Part shown: positions 50,368 to 62,399 of the stretch, one piece after another | How the letters are laid out: every line of letters starts with the position of its first letter | How positions within the stretch are numbered: the stretch's first letter is position 1 | Origin: Octopus sinensis | Lineage: Eukaryota | Assembly (NCBI RefSeq): GCF_006345805.1 | Contig: NC_043004.1 | Coordinates: 103,230,001 to 103,294,000 of the forward strand | Reading direction: 5' to 3' | DNA length: 64,000 bases | Position numbers and translations under genes: made by a program | Notes under the pieces: generated by a model | What the model saw: only the letters and a program-made list of their open reading frames with translations | Database searches by the model: none | What the model was told of the DNA's origin: nothing

Positions 50368-52360
50368 ACTAGCACTATGACCCGGCAACGCCGGATCATA
50401 GTGCTAGTGCATGCATATACAGCTGCGTGCGTGCGCACATACACGCGAGTACTGTCCAAATCTCCGACCAATCACAAACAGCTAGCTGGCATTCAATTGG
50501 TGTATCAAGTTTCGGGCATTTTTATTGGGTTTTGGATAGAAAAATCACAAAAAAGTCACTTCAATTGACTTTTAAATGGCTTTGCGGGATGACTGGGCAA
50601 ATGTAATGATGTGCACGACCACCCTTGGACGGTTTTGAATGACCATAGAAAGTGCGAACACTCTAACTGAAAAAATATGGATTTGTATAAAGGACACACA
50701 CACAGACATTTTGCCGTTTATATATATACTAGCAGTATCGCCCGGCGTTGCTCGGGTTTGTTTCGACCCGCTGGAATTGTAATTTTGAAAAGTAAAAATT
50801 TTGTGAACATTTTTCTGGTCGAAATACACCGAAAAGTGGCGACACAGCAGTGAAAAAATCGTAAAAAATATGGATTTTCATAGAAAAAAGCATCTTTTTG
50901 ATGTAAATAATTTTTGGGGTTAACATGGTCCGATTTGAATTTTATGTTCTACGGAAGGAAGAGCAACCCTTCTTCTACCATACTCTCAATTTTGGTCAAC
51001 TTGCGCCGCAGGGTCTCGGAGGAGATAGTGTTAGTTGAAGGTTACCATTCTAGGTGCCTGAGTAACAACCTCGCGGATTTACAGATAAATGAATTAATTA
51101 CTATTTTACAGAATAAAATTAAATAATTCTTGAAAATTAATTAATATTAATATTTTTTGAACAAAGTAAATAATTTTTAAAACTTAAATAAAAAAAGGGG
51201 GTGGCGAATTCGATTTACATACCTAAATTTTTTCTTTTTCATGACATTGTAGCAAAATAGTAGTGAATTATATAAATACCAGCAGTACATTTTTTTTTCT
51301 GGGGTATTTTTTTTCAACCTCGTCACATATTTGCCCCTTTCAATTTAAACAAAGTCTTAATTAAGCAATTACGGCAGCTTAGCAATGGTTTCAATACAGG
51401 CGTGACATCTGTATCTCAATTGTTCAAAACCCTTCGAATTTTTTCGCACGTGATGATATAGTGAAAACTTTCAATTACGCGCGCTTAGAAGTACGCTCGC
51501 AAATTAATACTACCAAAATTTTGAAGTTCGCGCTCCGCTTGAGTGTGTGTGTGTGCGTGCTTTAGGTGTACGTAGGTATGTGTTTTTGTGTGTGTGTGTC
51601 ACTGAAGCCATACATACATATATACATACATAACCTCTCTCTCTCTTTTCTCTCTCAGTCACTCACTACAAAAAGTGAATAAAAAAAGTTCAGTTATTTC
51701 TGTCTTTCACTCTCTCTGTCTCTTTACACACACTAACAAAAGCACTTCACTTACACACCACACTTTCTGTGTCGCACAACCCATCAAACACACACACACA
51801 CACACACACTCACGCACGCACACATGTACATCAATGCTTTCGGAGTGAAATGTTAAAATATTGAGTTTTCTCGAATTTTGTCTTAATTGGGGGTGAAATT
51901 GAAAGAAATATATTATGGCATGACCGAATGGAGTACTTTGAAAAATCTTAGGTAAACTCTAATTGAAGAAATTGTGTGAGGAGTAAATCGTTATGTATTT
52001 ATTTGTTTCTGTTTGCTGTGTTTTTTTATTTTTTGAGTAGTGGTTTAAATACTTTCAGTTTAGTCTTCCTCAAATCACTCTGTCGCTATTACTTTCATTT
52101 TATTCGTTGCACACTGTGTGTGTGCGTGTGCGTGTGGTGTAAACCACATTAAGAAAAGCATTTGACATACACACCAGAATGTGAGTTTTCTGTAAATTTT
52201 GCTTAATTGGAGTTTAAATTTTAAAAACTGAACCTGGCATGACCCGATGCATTCTACTCTTAAAAATGCTAGGTAAATTGTAATTGAAGAAATCCTATAT
52301 TGTAGATTTCTATAAGTTACAAAGGGAGGCAGATAAAATCTGCCTTTTATAATAAGAGAT
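50368..52360 (+). mobile_element. Two abutting Helentron-type elements (50368-50727 and 50728-52360)
   Basis: Each starts ACTAGCA..CCCGGC. The ends are ..GCCGTTTATATATAT and ..GCCTTTTATAATAAGAGAT. Confidence 0.6.
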
Positions 52361-52695
52361 ATCAGGGAGTAATAAGTATTCCAGGTTATCTGGACATTTA
52401 CTATTTTATACTTTTCTAATGCAATGTAATATTATTACAAATTTATAATATCCCAAATTTGTAATAAAACTATATAAATATAATCATACCAAGGACCTAC
52501 AATCCTTTAAGGGATGTTTGTTTGCATCTCCGGTGTGTACCAGTGTTCTGTGAAAAACTAAATAAGTTAGTTTTGCATTGATGTATATTGATATTTAAAA
52601 TATTTATGAATGAGAAAAAGAAGAAATTGAAGAAATTGACATACAAGCATCAGTTTATTCAAAGATATTCAAATCAATATAAAATGAAATTTCTA

Positions 52696-52801
52696 TCCCT
52701 ACAGCCGTTTCTATGTCCAATTAATTCAATTAGAGAAATTAAATTAAATTAATTTAAAACTTTCATATTGAAACTGGTTAATTGGGTATTTCATCAGGGG
52801 A
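52696..52801 (-). ncRNA. Hammerhead ribozyme motif with an extended AU-rich helix II
   Basis: TCCC-CTGATGA-..CCAATTAA..TTAATTGG..-GAAAC-GGCT-GTA-GGGA. Confidence 0.55.
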
Positions 52802-52902
52802 GAATTTCCTGAAAGGAGTTACATTCTGACGTGTTGGTCGAACCTTGACAGGCTCAGATGTGTGCCTTCTGGTAATGTTTGCATTAAAAAAAACCTTTAT
52901 GA

Positions 52903-52950
<48 letters not shown>

Positions 52951-54364
52951 TATATATACATACTTATAAACAAATATGTATGATATAGTTGTGCGCGTGT
53001 TTATAATGCATAATAGTTGTTATTGGTGGTGGTGTTGCAGTTAGGATGAACCAGGTGTTATATAGAGATAAGGGAGATAAGTAGAGAGAGAGAGAGAGGG
53101 AGGGAGAGAGAGCGGTAACATTCATCATTTAATTGTCATGCGTTTGTTAAAATACAGAAGCCAACAAAAAAGATGTGACGTATCAAAAACTGCTAATTAA
53201 TCATTATAGTATCGCATCATCCACAGACCAACGGGCATCACAGCGAGTGTCACACCAATCTCACGACTGTCTGGACAAGAAGCCTGACATTTGTAAATTT
53301 AAATATAGCCCTCTGCCCCTTAAGCCTTAGTAATTGGCAGAGTAATTAGAACATTGAACAGGATGTCTCGCAGTATTTCTTCCGAATTTCTGCACTCCGA
53401 GTTCAAATCCTATCGAAATCAACTTTACTTTCGCGAGGTTGCGACAAAAAAAATTTTAAAAATAAAAAATACCTGTGCAATGCACGTGGATTGGTGGAAC
53501 TGCGAAAAAGGCAGACTGGATACCTTGCAGTTTTTGCCCGGCTCTTTGCGCTTTGGGATCAAATCCCATTATATGGGTGGTAGACTTAATTTCTTGTTCG
53601 CTTTAACAACACAACCTCTCATTCTGTGTGCCTTTAGCGGAGTCCACTCTGTTAAAAGCATTTTAGACTAAATCTCTGGCTTGAAAATACACTCCTCCTT
53701 CTTTCATACATATATCAGAAGTCCTTTAAAGGCCTTCTCTCTGGTCTAAAATAAAGTGAGGGTGAGGGGCACATTTTTATAGCAGAGAGATAATAAAACT
53801 GTACGATATTCATTGGTGTTTGTATCGTTCCTATCAGTTATTAACAGCCTTTGAGAGACGAAATACTAAACGGGAAAATCGAAACTAGGTGACGTATTCA
53901 GTACTGGGAACTTATAACGAGAAATTATATGAGGAATGAGATAAGAGATGTCGGTTTTTAATCTTTGCAGGGTTAAGTCCAAAAGATTCGCCTTATTTAA
54001 TGTAGTAACCAGAAAATTCAAAATATGAACGTTGATTAAACAAGGAAAAGAAGACGGTTTGTCAAGTTTGGGAACAAGTTAAACTAATAATGGCTTACAC
54101 GATTGGCTATGTTAGTAGCTCTTCACGAAATTAACTGATCAATGCATAAATCGATATTTTACTAAGATTACAGGTTTTAGTTAAAAACTTGGATGTTCTG
54201 TGAATGGTAAAAAATTGTGAAAAAGTCAAATGAAGCAGGGGCACGCTGGGGCACGCTGGGGCACGCTGGGGCTCTAAAGAGTTGAGGTGAACGAATAAAC
54301 CTCAATACTTTATTTTTTGTTTAGGTCTGGTCCTCGTCCTCTCAACCTTTTGTCGAACCGCTTA

Positions 54365-54886
54365 CCGTAAATCCTCGAATATAGTCCGCCCTTGAGTATA
54401 ATACGCAGGGGATTTTTAGGGGGCTGTACCTCTGAAAAACCTAAACCTTGTGTATAATACGCACCCCTTCTCTAACTTGAGTCATGCGTAATTAAGCCAG
54501 CAGCACCTAGTCGAACAAACACTTCCGCGCATGCGTATTACAATAAGGGTGATGTTCTTAACTGTTATATGGGAATGTAAATATGTTTGCAAATTGTTTT
54601 TGTTAGATGTTTTTCTGTGTTCTGAATACTTTTATTTTAATAAATGTTGCTTACTGCAAGTTATGGATGATTCTTTTATGACTTCATTGCTTTCAGGCTT
54701 AGCTTAAGGTATTTTTGCGTCTGACATCACAAAATGCGTCTGAATAAACATTGCCGGATAGCAAATAGAGACTCGGACATTGCTTAGAAAATATTTTTCA
54801 TTTTCAACCTCGTATATAGTATGCACTAGGGAATTTGACCTTTAAATTTTGGAAAAAACCTGCGGATTATACTCGAGGATTTACGG
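54365..54886. mobile_element. 522-bp pogo/Tc2-type MITE, copy 2
   Basis: Same TIRs, TA TSD and length as copy 1, with a near-identical interior in the same orientation. Confidence 0.85.
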
Positions 54887-55296
54887 TACTTGCGGGGATG
54901 TAAGCAAGACAACACCTCGTGGAGCTTTAGGTATTTTCGCTCAATATTTTCGCTGGGAATCGACACCGCGATCCTCCGACCGCGAGTCCACTGCTCTAAC
55001 CACTGGACCATTGCGCCTCCACAATCGACTGCAGTGCTCAACTTTTACTTATTTTATTGATCCAGCCTCGACGGAATTTGAACTCAGAACGTTAAAACAT
55101 AAGACATGCCGCTAAGCATTTGCGTCCGGTGTGCTAACGATTCTGCCAGCTCGCCATAAGCTAATAACATACATTTCAATGTTCTAAGAAAAACAAAAAA
55201 AAACTTATTTTCTTAAATATGCGCTGCTGAAGATGGAGTGAGGCTAATATACCCGTACGTCTTTTATGCCACCAAATAGAGTAGTATTATTAAATA

Positions 55297-55696
55297 ACTA
55301 GCAGTATCGCCCGGTGTTGCTCGGGTTTGTAAGGGAAATAACTATATAAGCATTTTTAGAGAGTTATAGCCAAAAAATAGCAAAAAAATGCATCAAAAAT
55401 GGGAAAAAAGTGATGGTAATTTTTTTTTTAAAATCGTTGACTCATCGTAGACATTTTTAGAGAGTTACTTCCCTTATATAATAGCGAAAATGCATTAAAA
55501 ATGGAAAAAAATGATGGTAATTTTTTTTAAATCGTAGACTCATGTAGACGCGCGCTAATACCCAGAAGGGCTCGATATGAATCACGACTATAAGATACCC
55601 GGTTTTGGTTAAACTGCACCGCAAAATGTGGGAGTAGTTAGGAATCTAAATCGTAGGAGACAGACAGCACACAACCTCACTTTTATATATATAGAT
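55297..55696 (+). mobile_element. Helentron-type element; an inverted copy lies at 60570-60972
   Basis: ACTAGCAGTATCGCCCGGTGTTGCTCGGG start and ..CCTCACTTTTATATATATAGAT end. Confidence 0.7.
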
Positions 55697-56016
55697 GAAA
55701 CCCTGGAACTGATTTCATCGAAACAGAGATTCAATGAAAAATAAATAACTTTGGAGAACATGAATCGGAGAACATATTTCAGTAAGATTAACCTTTAACG
55801 GCATCCAATGCATTGCCTTGATTCTCCTCCTTAAGAGTTAGTATGAATTGTCTCTTCCCACGTTACATATCGAGTATCCAGCTGATGTCGAATGTGCATA
55901 AAAAGGAGGACACAGCACCAACAGTTTACTGTAACAGAGGAGGACATACCAACGTAACTAATTTCTGCCTCGCACTTCTCTCTCTTCTCCTCCCTATCCA
56001 CCTCTCTCTCTCCATA

Positions 56017-56063
<47 letters not shown>

Positions 56064-56114
56064 TGTGTATGTGTGTATGCATGCGTACTTTCGTATGTGT
56101 GTGTGTGTGTATAA

Positions 56115-56159
<45 letters not shown>

Positions 56160-56255
56160 AGTTGAATTTTCTGCTGCTTTGAATAAAGTAAATACACACA
56201 CACCACACACACACACACCCACACATACACACACACACACACACACACCACACAC

Positions 56256-56289
<34 letters not shown>

Positions 56290-56728
56290 ATATATATATA
56301 CTTTATTCAAAGCAGCAGAAAATTCAACTTTGTTGAATTATATATATATATATATAGAAAGAGAGAGTGAGAGAGAGGAGAGAGAGAGAGACTGACAGTT
56401 AGACAGGCAGACAGACTGAAGAATGATTACATAACTTGAGTCTTTTTCTTTTTCTTCTTTCTTTTTCTTTTTTTCGGTGGGGGGCGGGGGTGCTTTGATA
56501 AGGGAAAGGACTCTTTAAGCTGCTTTTCACAGCTTTACACTGCGGCAATGTAAAAATGACGTCAACTTCAGCGTATTATGGACTTTGACACCGATCTGTT
56601 TGTCGAGCTCCGCCGACCTTCTCTCTCTCTTGACTTGTTGCTAGTTTGTCACGGTGGATCCACGCGTTACGGGATACCGCGGTTGATTTGGCAGTAATTG
56701 TTCATTCCTGCAAACGTCCACACATACC

Positions 56729-56785
56729 ATGGCCAGTGATATATTAGCATTGCTTACAGCCAAGTCCATTCCAACAATTTCCCAG
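56729..56785 (+). CDS. Candidate first coding exon of an unidentified gene (MASDILALLTAKSIPTISQ)
   Basis: Kozak-like accATGG, an upstream in-frame TGA, a strong CAG|GTAAGC donor in phase 0, and a pyrimidine-rich acceptor ending at 56644. CpG-rich context with TGACGTCA and a GC box upstream. I recognise no homologue. Confidence 0.4.
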
Positions 56786-57942
56786 GTAAGCAAAACATTT
56801 CCGTTGTTGTTGTTACTGTTGTTGCTGTTTAGCCCAGGGCCTGCCTATTCAAGCAGAGTTATTCTCAAAAGTATAGGCAGCGAATTGGCTACACCTTTCG
56901 AGCGTCGGTAGATTGTCTTGCAATATTCAATGGAGCTAAGGCGGCGAGCTGGCGGAATCGTTAGCACGCTGGGTGAAAATGCTTAGTGGTCGACATTTCA
57001 CCCGTCTTCCCGTTCTGAGTTCAAATACCACCGGGGTCGACTTTGTTTTTCATTCTTTCCGGATCTATAAAATAAGTACCAATTGAACCCTGGGGTCCAT
57101 GTAATCGTCTTACCCACTACCCCAAAATTGCTGGCATTGCGCCAAAATATTCATGGTAGCGAAGGCGGCGAGCTGGCAGAATCGTTAATACGCCGGACGA
57201 AATGCTTAGTGACATTTCGTCTTTCTTTACGTTCTGAGTTCAAATTCTGCCGAGGTCGAGTTTGCCTTTCATCCTTTCGGGGTTGATAAAATAAATACCA
57301 GTTGAGCCATGGGGTTGATGTAATCGACTTTATCCCTCCCCCGAAATGATTAGCTTTCTGGTAAAATATGAAACCAATACTCAGATACTTCCGGAGTCAA
57401 TTTTGCCTTTTATCTTTTCGGTGTCGATTAGTAAAATACCACTGTACTCGGGTTGATTCTTCTTCTTCTTCTGTCTCTCTCTCCCCCTCTCTCTCTTTTA
57501 GAAGACTGAACGGATGCTCATGACAAGCCCTATGTTAAGACAGCACCACAACAACTCCATCAAGTTTTGAGGCTCCAAAGCAAAGCATAATCAAATGTAT
57601 TCCATCCGTTACCATTCCATGTTTTTGTATCAGGCTCTACGTTCTTTGTCGTTGTCGTGAACCTTGTTGTTGTTGTTATTGTTGCTCAGGTCAGCTCTTA
57701 TTGAAGGGATTTAAGATTAAAACTTGTCAACTACGACAAACCGGTTTTTTTTTTGTCTAGGTGCGAATCGAAGAAATTTGGCTGCTATTTCTAGTAGGTC
57801 ATATGACTGCGCAGAAGCTCCCTGGTTGATTCATCTTTCTTTCATCGTTTGTCTTTCACTTGTTTCAGTTATTAGATTGCGGCCATGCTAGGGTACCGCC
57901 TTCAAGAATTTTAGTCGAATGAGTCGACCAATAACTTATTAT

Positions 57943-58290
57943 TATTACCTCCGCCTCAGTGAAGGCAGAGGTATTGTTTTCAGTCGTGTTTGTTTGTTTG
58001 TTTGTCCATGGACAAAATGTCTCAAGAACCGTTCGATGAAACTCTCAGGGATGTTTGGCCTCGTGACTGGCACGAACTGATTAGATTTTGAGGTCGATCC
58101 GGTACCGGACAAGGATTCTGGATTATTTTACCCCTTTTTTTTTTTTACTTAATTTTTGAGAGTGGACGGGTTCATTTTTAGTATTCTTGTTTGTGAGAGC
58201 AGTCAAGTTTATTCCAGATATTCTCATTTTAATAATCATCTCTAGCTAATCGTTGAGAGGACGTTGGTGTTGCCTTGGAGGAAGTTTGCG
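57943..58290. mobile_element. Another Helentron-type non-autonomous family (TTATTACCTCCGCC..(TTTG)n..GCCTTGGAGGAAGTTTGCGCTCTCTGAGTGCTT)
   Basis: The termini and internal (TTTG)n resemble widespread metazoan HINE-like repeats. Confidence 0.5.
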
Positions 58291-58974
58291 CTCTCTGAGT
58301 GCTTTTGCTATTATTATTATTGAGTGAGGGAGCAGTGCATGCTATCAAAGTGACACTGGGGCAGGGGCGGACTGAGAGTTTAAAGGGCCTTCGGGCATAA
58401 CTAAGGGGCATGACAATGCCCTTTAGCATTGATATCAAAGTAGAGTTAACATGTAGAGTGCGGGCTCCTGAGAGCTCCGATTGATAGACGGTTCAGTCCG
58501 CCCCTGCACTGGGGTACTAATATACGAAGCCCAGTATACCCATCATGGTTACCCGTCTGATAAGGGTAAACCAGGTACATGCATCACAACTACATCTGTG
58601 CGTGACATGATCTCATCAAAATAAACAGCGCATGACCTTGCAGGTGAGGTCCAGTTAGAATTTTCTTCTGACCAAGTAGCCATTCCACTCAAAAGGTTCG
58701 TGAATAAGGGTTGTTTAAGGATGTTGAACAAAACACCCATATTTCCAGAGGTGAATTATCACCCCCCCCACCCAAATTCCTCTCAGCACATGGCTATGAT
58801 GCTCCCCCACTACTTCTACTCGTGATCAGAGATGCACATATCGTCAGTCACTAAGGGACATGGTCAACTGGTTAAGGTCAAACAACTGACAAGCAAATCT
58901 GTGGTATTGAGCAGAATATTTGCTGTAGCCCATCTCTTATACTAAAACAAAATAATGTACATAACATTATTATT

Positions 58975-59042
<68 letters not shown>

Positions 59043-60278
59043 GTGGTGGTTGGTGGTGGTGGTGGTGGTGGTGGTGTGTGTGTGTGTGTATGTGTGGAGT
59101 CTGGCACTTATTCTGTTAGCCTATTTTGCCGAATCGCTAAGTTAAGGGGACGTAAACATACCAACACCTGCTATCAAGCGGTGGTGGGACGAACACACAC
59201 ACACACACACACACACGCATGTACGACGGGCCTCTTTCAGTTTCCCTCTACCAAATCTACTCACAAGACTTTGGTCGGGCCGAGGCTATAGTAGCAGACT
59301 CTTGCCTGATCTGCCACGCAAAGGGATTGTACCCGGAACCATGCGGTTGGGAGGTAAGCTTCATACCACACATCTACACACGCGCCTCATGTAGTATTAT
59401 TTAAAGTGGTAGAGTGTTATTTGGTGGTGGTGATGGTGGTGGGGAGAGATCCTGCATCGTTTGTCCGAGACTTCCTCTTTAGTTCAAGTTGTTGGAAACA
59501 AACTAACTGCATGGTGGTGTTGCGGTGACGGCGTAGTTGTTGTGGTAGCTGAAACAAGGATGCTAGGGCGGAGAGCTGGCAGAATCGTTAGCACGCCGGG
59601 CGAAATGCATTGTGGTATTTCGTCCACCGCTGCGTTCTGAGTTCAAATTCCGCCGAGGTCGACTTTGCCTTTCATCCTTTCGGGGTCGATAAATTAAGTA
59701 CCAGTTACGCACTGGGGTCGATGTAATCGACTTAATCCCTTTGTCTGTCCTTGTTTGTCCCCTCTGTGTTTAGCCCCTTGTGGACAATAAAGAAATAGGT
59801 ATTTCGTCTGCCGTTACGTTCTGAGTTCAAATTCCGCCGAGGTCGACTTTGCCTTTCATCCTTTCGGGATCGATAAATTAAGTACCAGTTACGCACTGGG
59901 GTCGATATAATCGCCTTAATTCGTTCGTCTGTCCTTGTTTGTCCCCTCTGTGTTTAGCCCCTTGTGGGCAATAAAGAAATAAGAAATAAGAAACAACGAT
60001 GTGTTTTCATTGATGCAGTTGCTGTCGTTGTTGTTGTATACGCTGAGCAGTGTGACGCAGTGGTCCTCAAACTTTCCTTTTGTACGCCGGACAACTTTCA
60101 TGCAAAAGAATTTCTCCATAGACCGGGGGACCACGCACATTACAAAAATAAATTAATAAATAAATTGAGTGCATAATATATAATTTAATTATTGCATATA
60201 AAACACTTTGTAATTGAAAGCTTTTTTTGTCTTTTAGTACTGCCCGGTACCAAATGAGCCACGTCCCGCTTGGTGTAG

Positions 60279-60378
60279 NNNNNNNNNNNNNNNNNNNNNN
60301 NNNNNNNNNNNNNNNNNNNNNNNNNNNNNNNNNNNNNNNNNNNNNNNNNNNNNNNNNNNNNNNNNNNNNNNNNNNNNN
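60279..60378. other. Assembly gap (100 N)
   Basis: Run of N. Confidence 1.
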
Positions 60379-60569
60379 GTCCTTTTGTTTTTTTTCTTCT
60401 TTGTAACGAAAATATACTGTCATACGGTTTTGATAGTATCCTTTTATTTCAGAAAGCACATCTTAATTAATTAGAAGCTAGTTGGCACATTCGCACACTC
60501 CTTTCCACCTTGTAGGGCTCGTAATGGCTTTGGAGAAATAGGCTGAAGCAGGTTATGAACAAGGTATAC

Positions 60570-60972
60570 ATCTTTATATATAAAAGTGAGGTTGTGTGCT
60601 GTCTGTCTCCTACGATTTAGATTCCTAACTACTCCCACATTTTGCGGTGCAATTTAACCAAAACCGGGTATCTTATAGTCGTGATTCATATCGAGCCCTT
60701 CTGGGTATTAGTGCGCGTCTACGATGAGTCTACGATTAAAAAAAAAATTTACCATAATTTTTTTCCATTTTAATGCATTTTTTTCGCTATTATATAAGGG
60801 AAGTAACTCTCTAAAAATGTCTGCGATGAGTCAACGATTTAAAAAAAATTTACCATCACTTTTTTTCCATTTTTAATGCATTTTTTTGCTACTTTTTGGC
60901 TATAACTCTCTAAAAATGCTTATATAGTTATTTCTCTGACAAACCCGAACAACACCGGGCGATACTGCTAGT
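60570..60972 (-). mobile_element. Helentron-type element, inverted near-identical copy of 55297-55696
   Basis: It is the reverse complement of the 55.3-kb copy along its whole length. Confidence 0.7.
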
Positions 60973-61828
60973 AATATCTAAAGAATGAACTGGTTTATAA
61001 TTTTCAGTTGACAAATATTTGTTTTTTCATTCTTGGTTAAGATTTCTCTATAATATAACGATCCATTTAGGTATTTGTCAAGTTTCCTATAATTTCTTAT
61101 TGTTTGCATGTGTGTAGCCTCTGCAGACGGTCAGTCTCTCAACATCTAAATATTGGTTTCAAATTTTGGCACTTGGCCAGAGAGCTCGGGGAAGGGGGTA
61201 AGTTGATTACATCGACGCCAGTGTTCAACTAGCACTTATTTTATCAACCCCGAAAGGATGAAAAGCAAAGTCGACCGCGGTGGAATTTAAGCTCAGAACG
61301 TAAAAACGGACGAAATGCCGCTAAACATTATTCCCGGCGTCCTAACAATGCTTTCAGCTCGTCGCCTTATCAATATCTAAATATTAAGTCCTTTCTTGGT
61401 GTCATCCCAGTGTGCAGCTTTCCTGTAATCTTAGGGAAAGTTTTGAAGTAATTATCATCATAATCTTCCTTGTTGATCGTATTCAGCCATGATTCATTAA
61501 GATCGAAATCTTTCATTTGATTCTAGATCTTTAACAAAATGATTTAAGATCTTCTCAGGAATATCTTAAATCTTTTAACATAAGTCATAGTTCAAACTTA
61601 TGGTTAATAGGGTCGAGTGATGTTGCTTTCTGTACCAAAGCTTTTCAGAAATAATATGATTCGTAGCTTTTCAATCCGATGCACTAGCTTTTGTTCGAAA
61701 GTCAGGGATCACCAATCGTCGGTAGTTTAAGGAACTGGTACAAATATAAGAAGAAGAATGAAATATATACCATTTTCCTGTTATTCCCCGATGATGGTGG
61801 GGAGAATCACGCGCACACACATGCATAC

Positions 61829-61871
<43 letters not shown>

Positions 61872-62399
61872 AGAACGGGCTCCCACACGTCTACCAAATT
61901 CACACTCACAAGGCAGTGGTCGGCCCCGAGGCCATAGTAGAAGATACCTGCTCAAGGTGCTGCGCAGTAGGACTGAACCAGAAACCATGAGGTTATAAAG
62001 AGAACTTCTTAATCACACAGAATACAAGTCTGCTAACTTTTGTCCAACTGCAATTCATTACCCAGTGATATATTCACATCATTAATGAATTCCGAATCTG
62101 AATCAAAAAGTTCACTTTCCGTTTTATCTCCTCTCGATTGTCTCCTTAACTAATTATGCAAAAGAACTTACTAGATTAACTGCCACTGTATTTACAGAAC
62201 AGTTTATTCCCTTGCTACTCCTATCTAAAAAGTTTCTCATTTCCAAAAATTAAATTAACTACACTATCAGAAGCTGACAGCAGGCCAAAATAACTCAAGT
62301 TATCTCTTCTCACCATCATACCGTTTATAAAATATTATGTGTAAACTCTGTATTTTTTTTATTTGATTAAGCTTTGAGAGGCGACAATTTATAACATAC

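Noticed and set aside
54237-54272. GGGGCACGCT repeated three times
   Set aside because: A short local tandem duplication with no supporting context.
55694-55735. GATGAAA..TTTCATC-GAAAC stem resembling a hammerhead 3' half
   Set aside because: No CUGANGA upstream and no cleavage triplet or helix I.
57500-57570. Possible exon 2 for the 56.7-kb candidate gene (pyrimidine tract ending TTTTTAG|AAGACT...)
   Set aside because: The in-frame reading stops after 22 codons and there is no donor. The pyrimidine tract is a (CT)n microsatellite.
61390-61790. Coding-looking minus-strand stretch (KDFDLNESWLNTINK...)
   Set aside because: Interrupted by stops in all frames with no motif I can assign; probably an old TE remnant.
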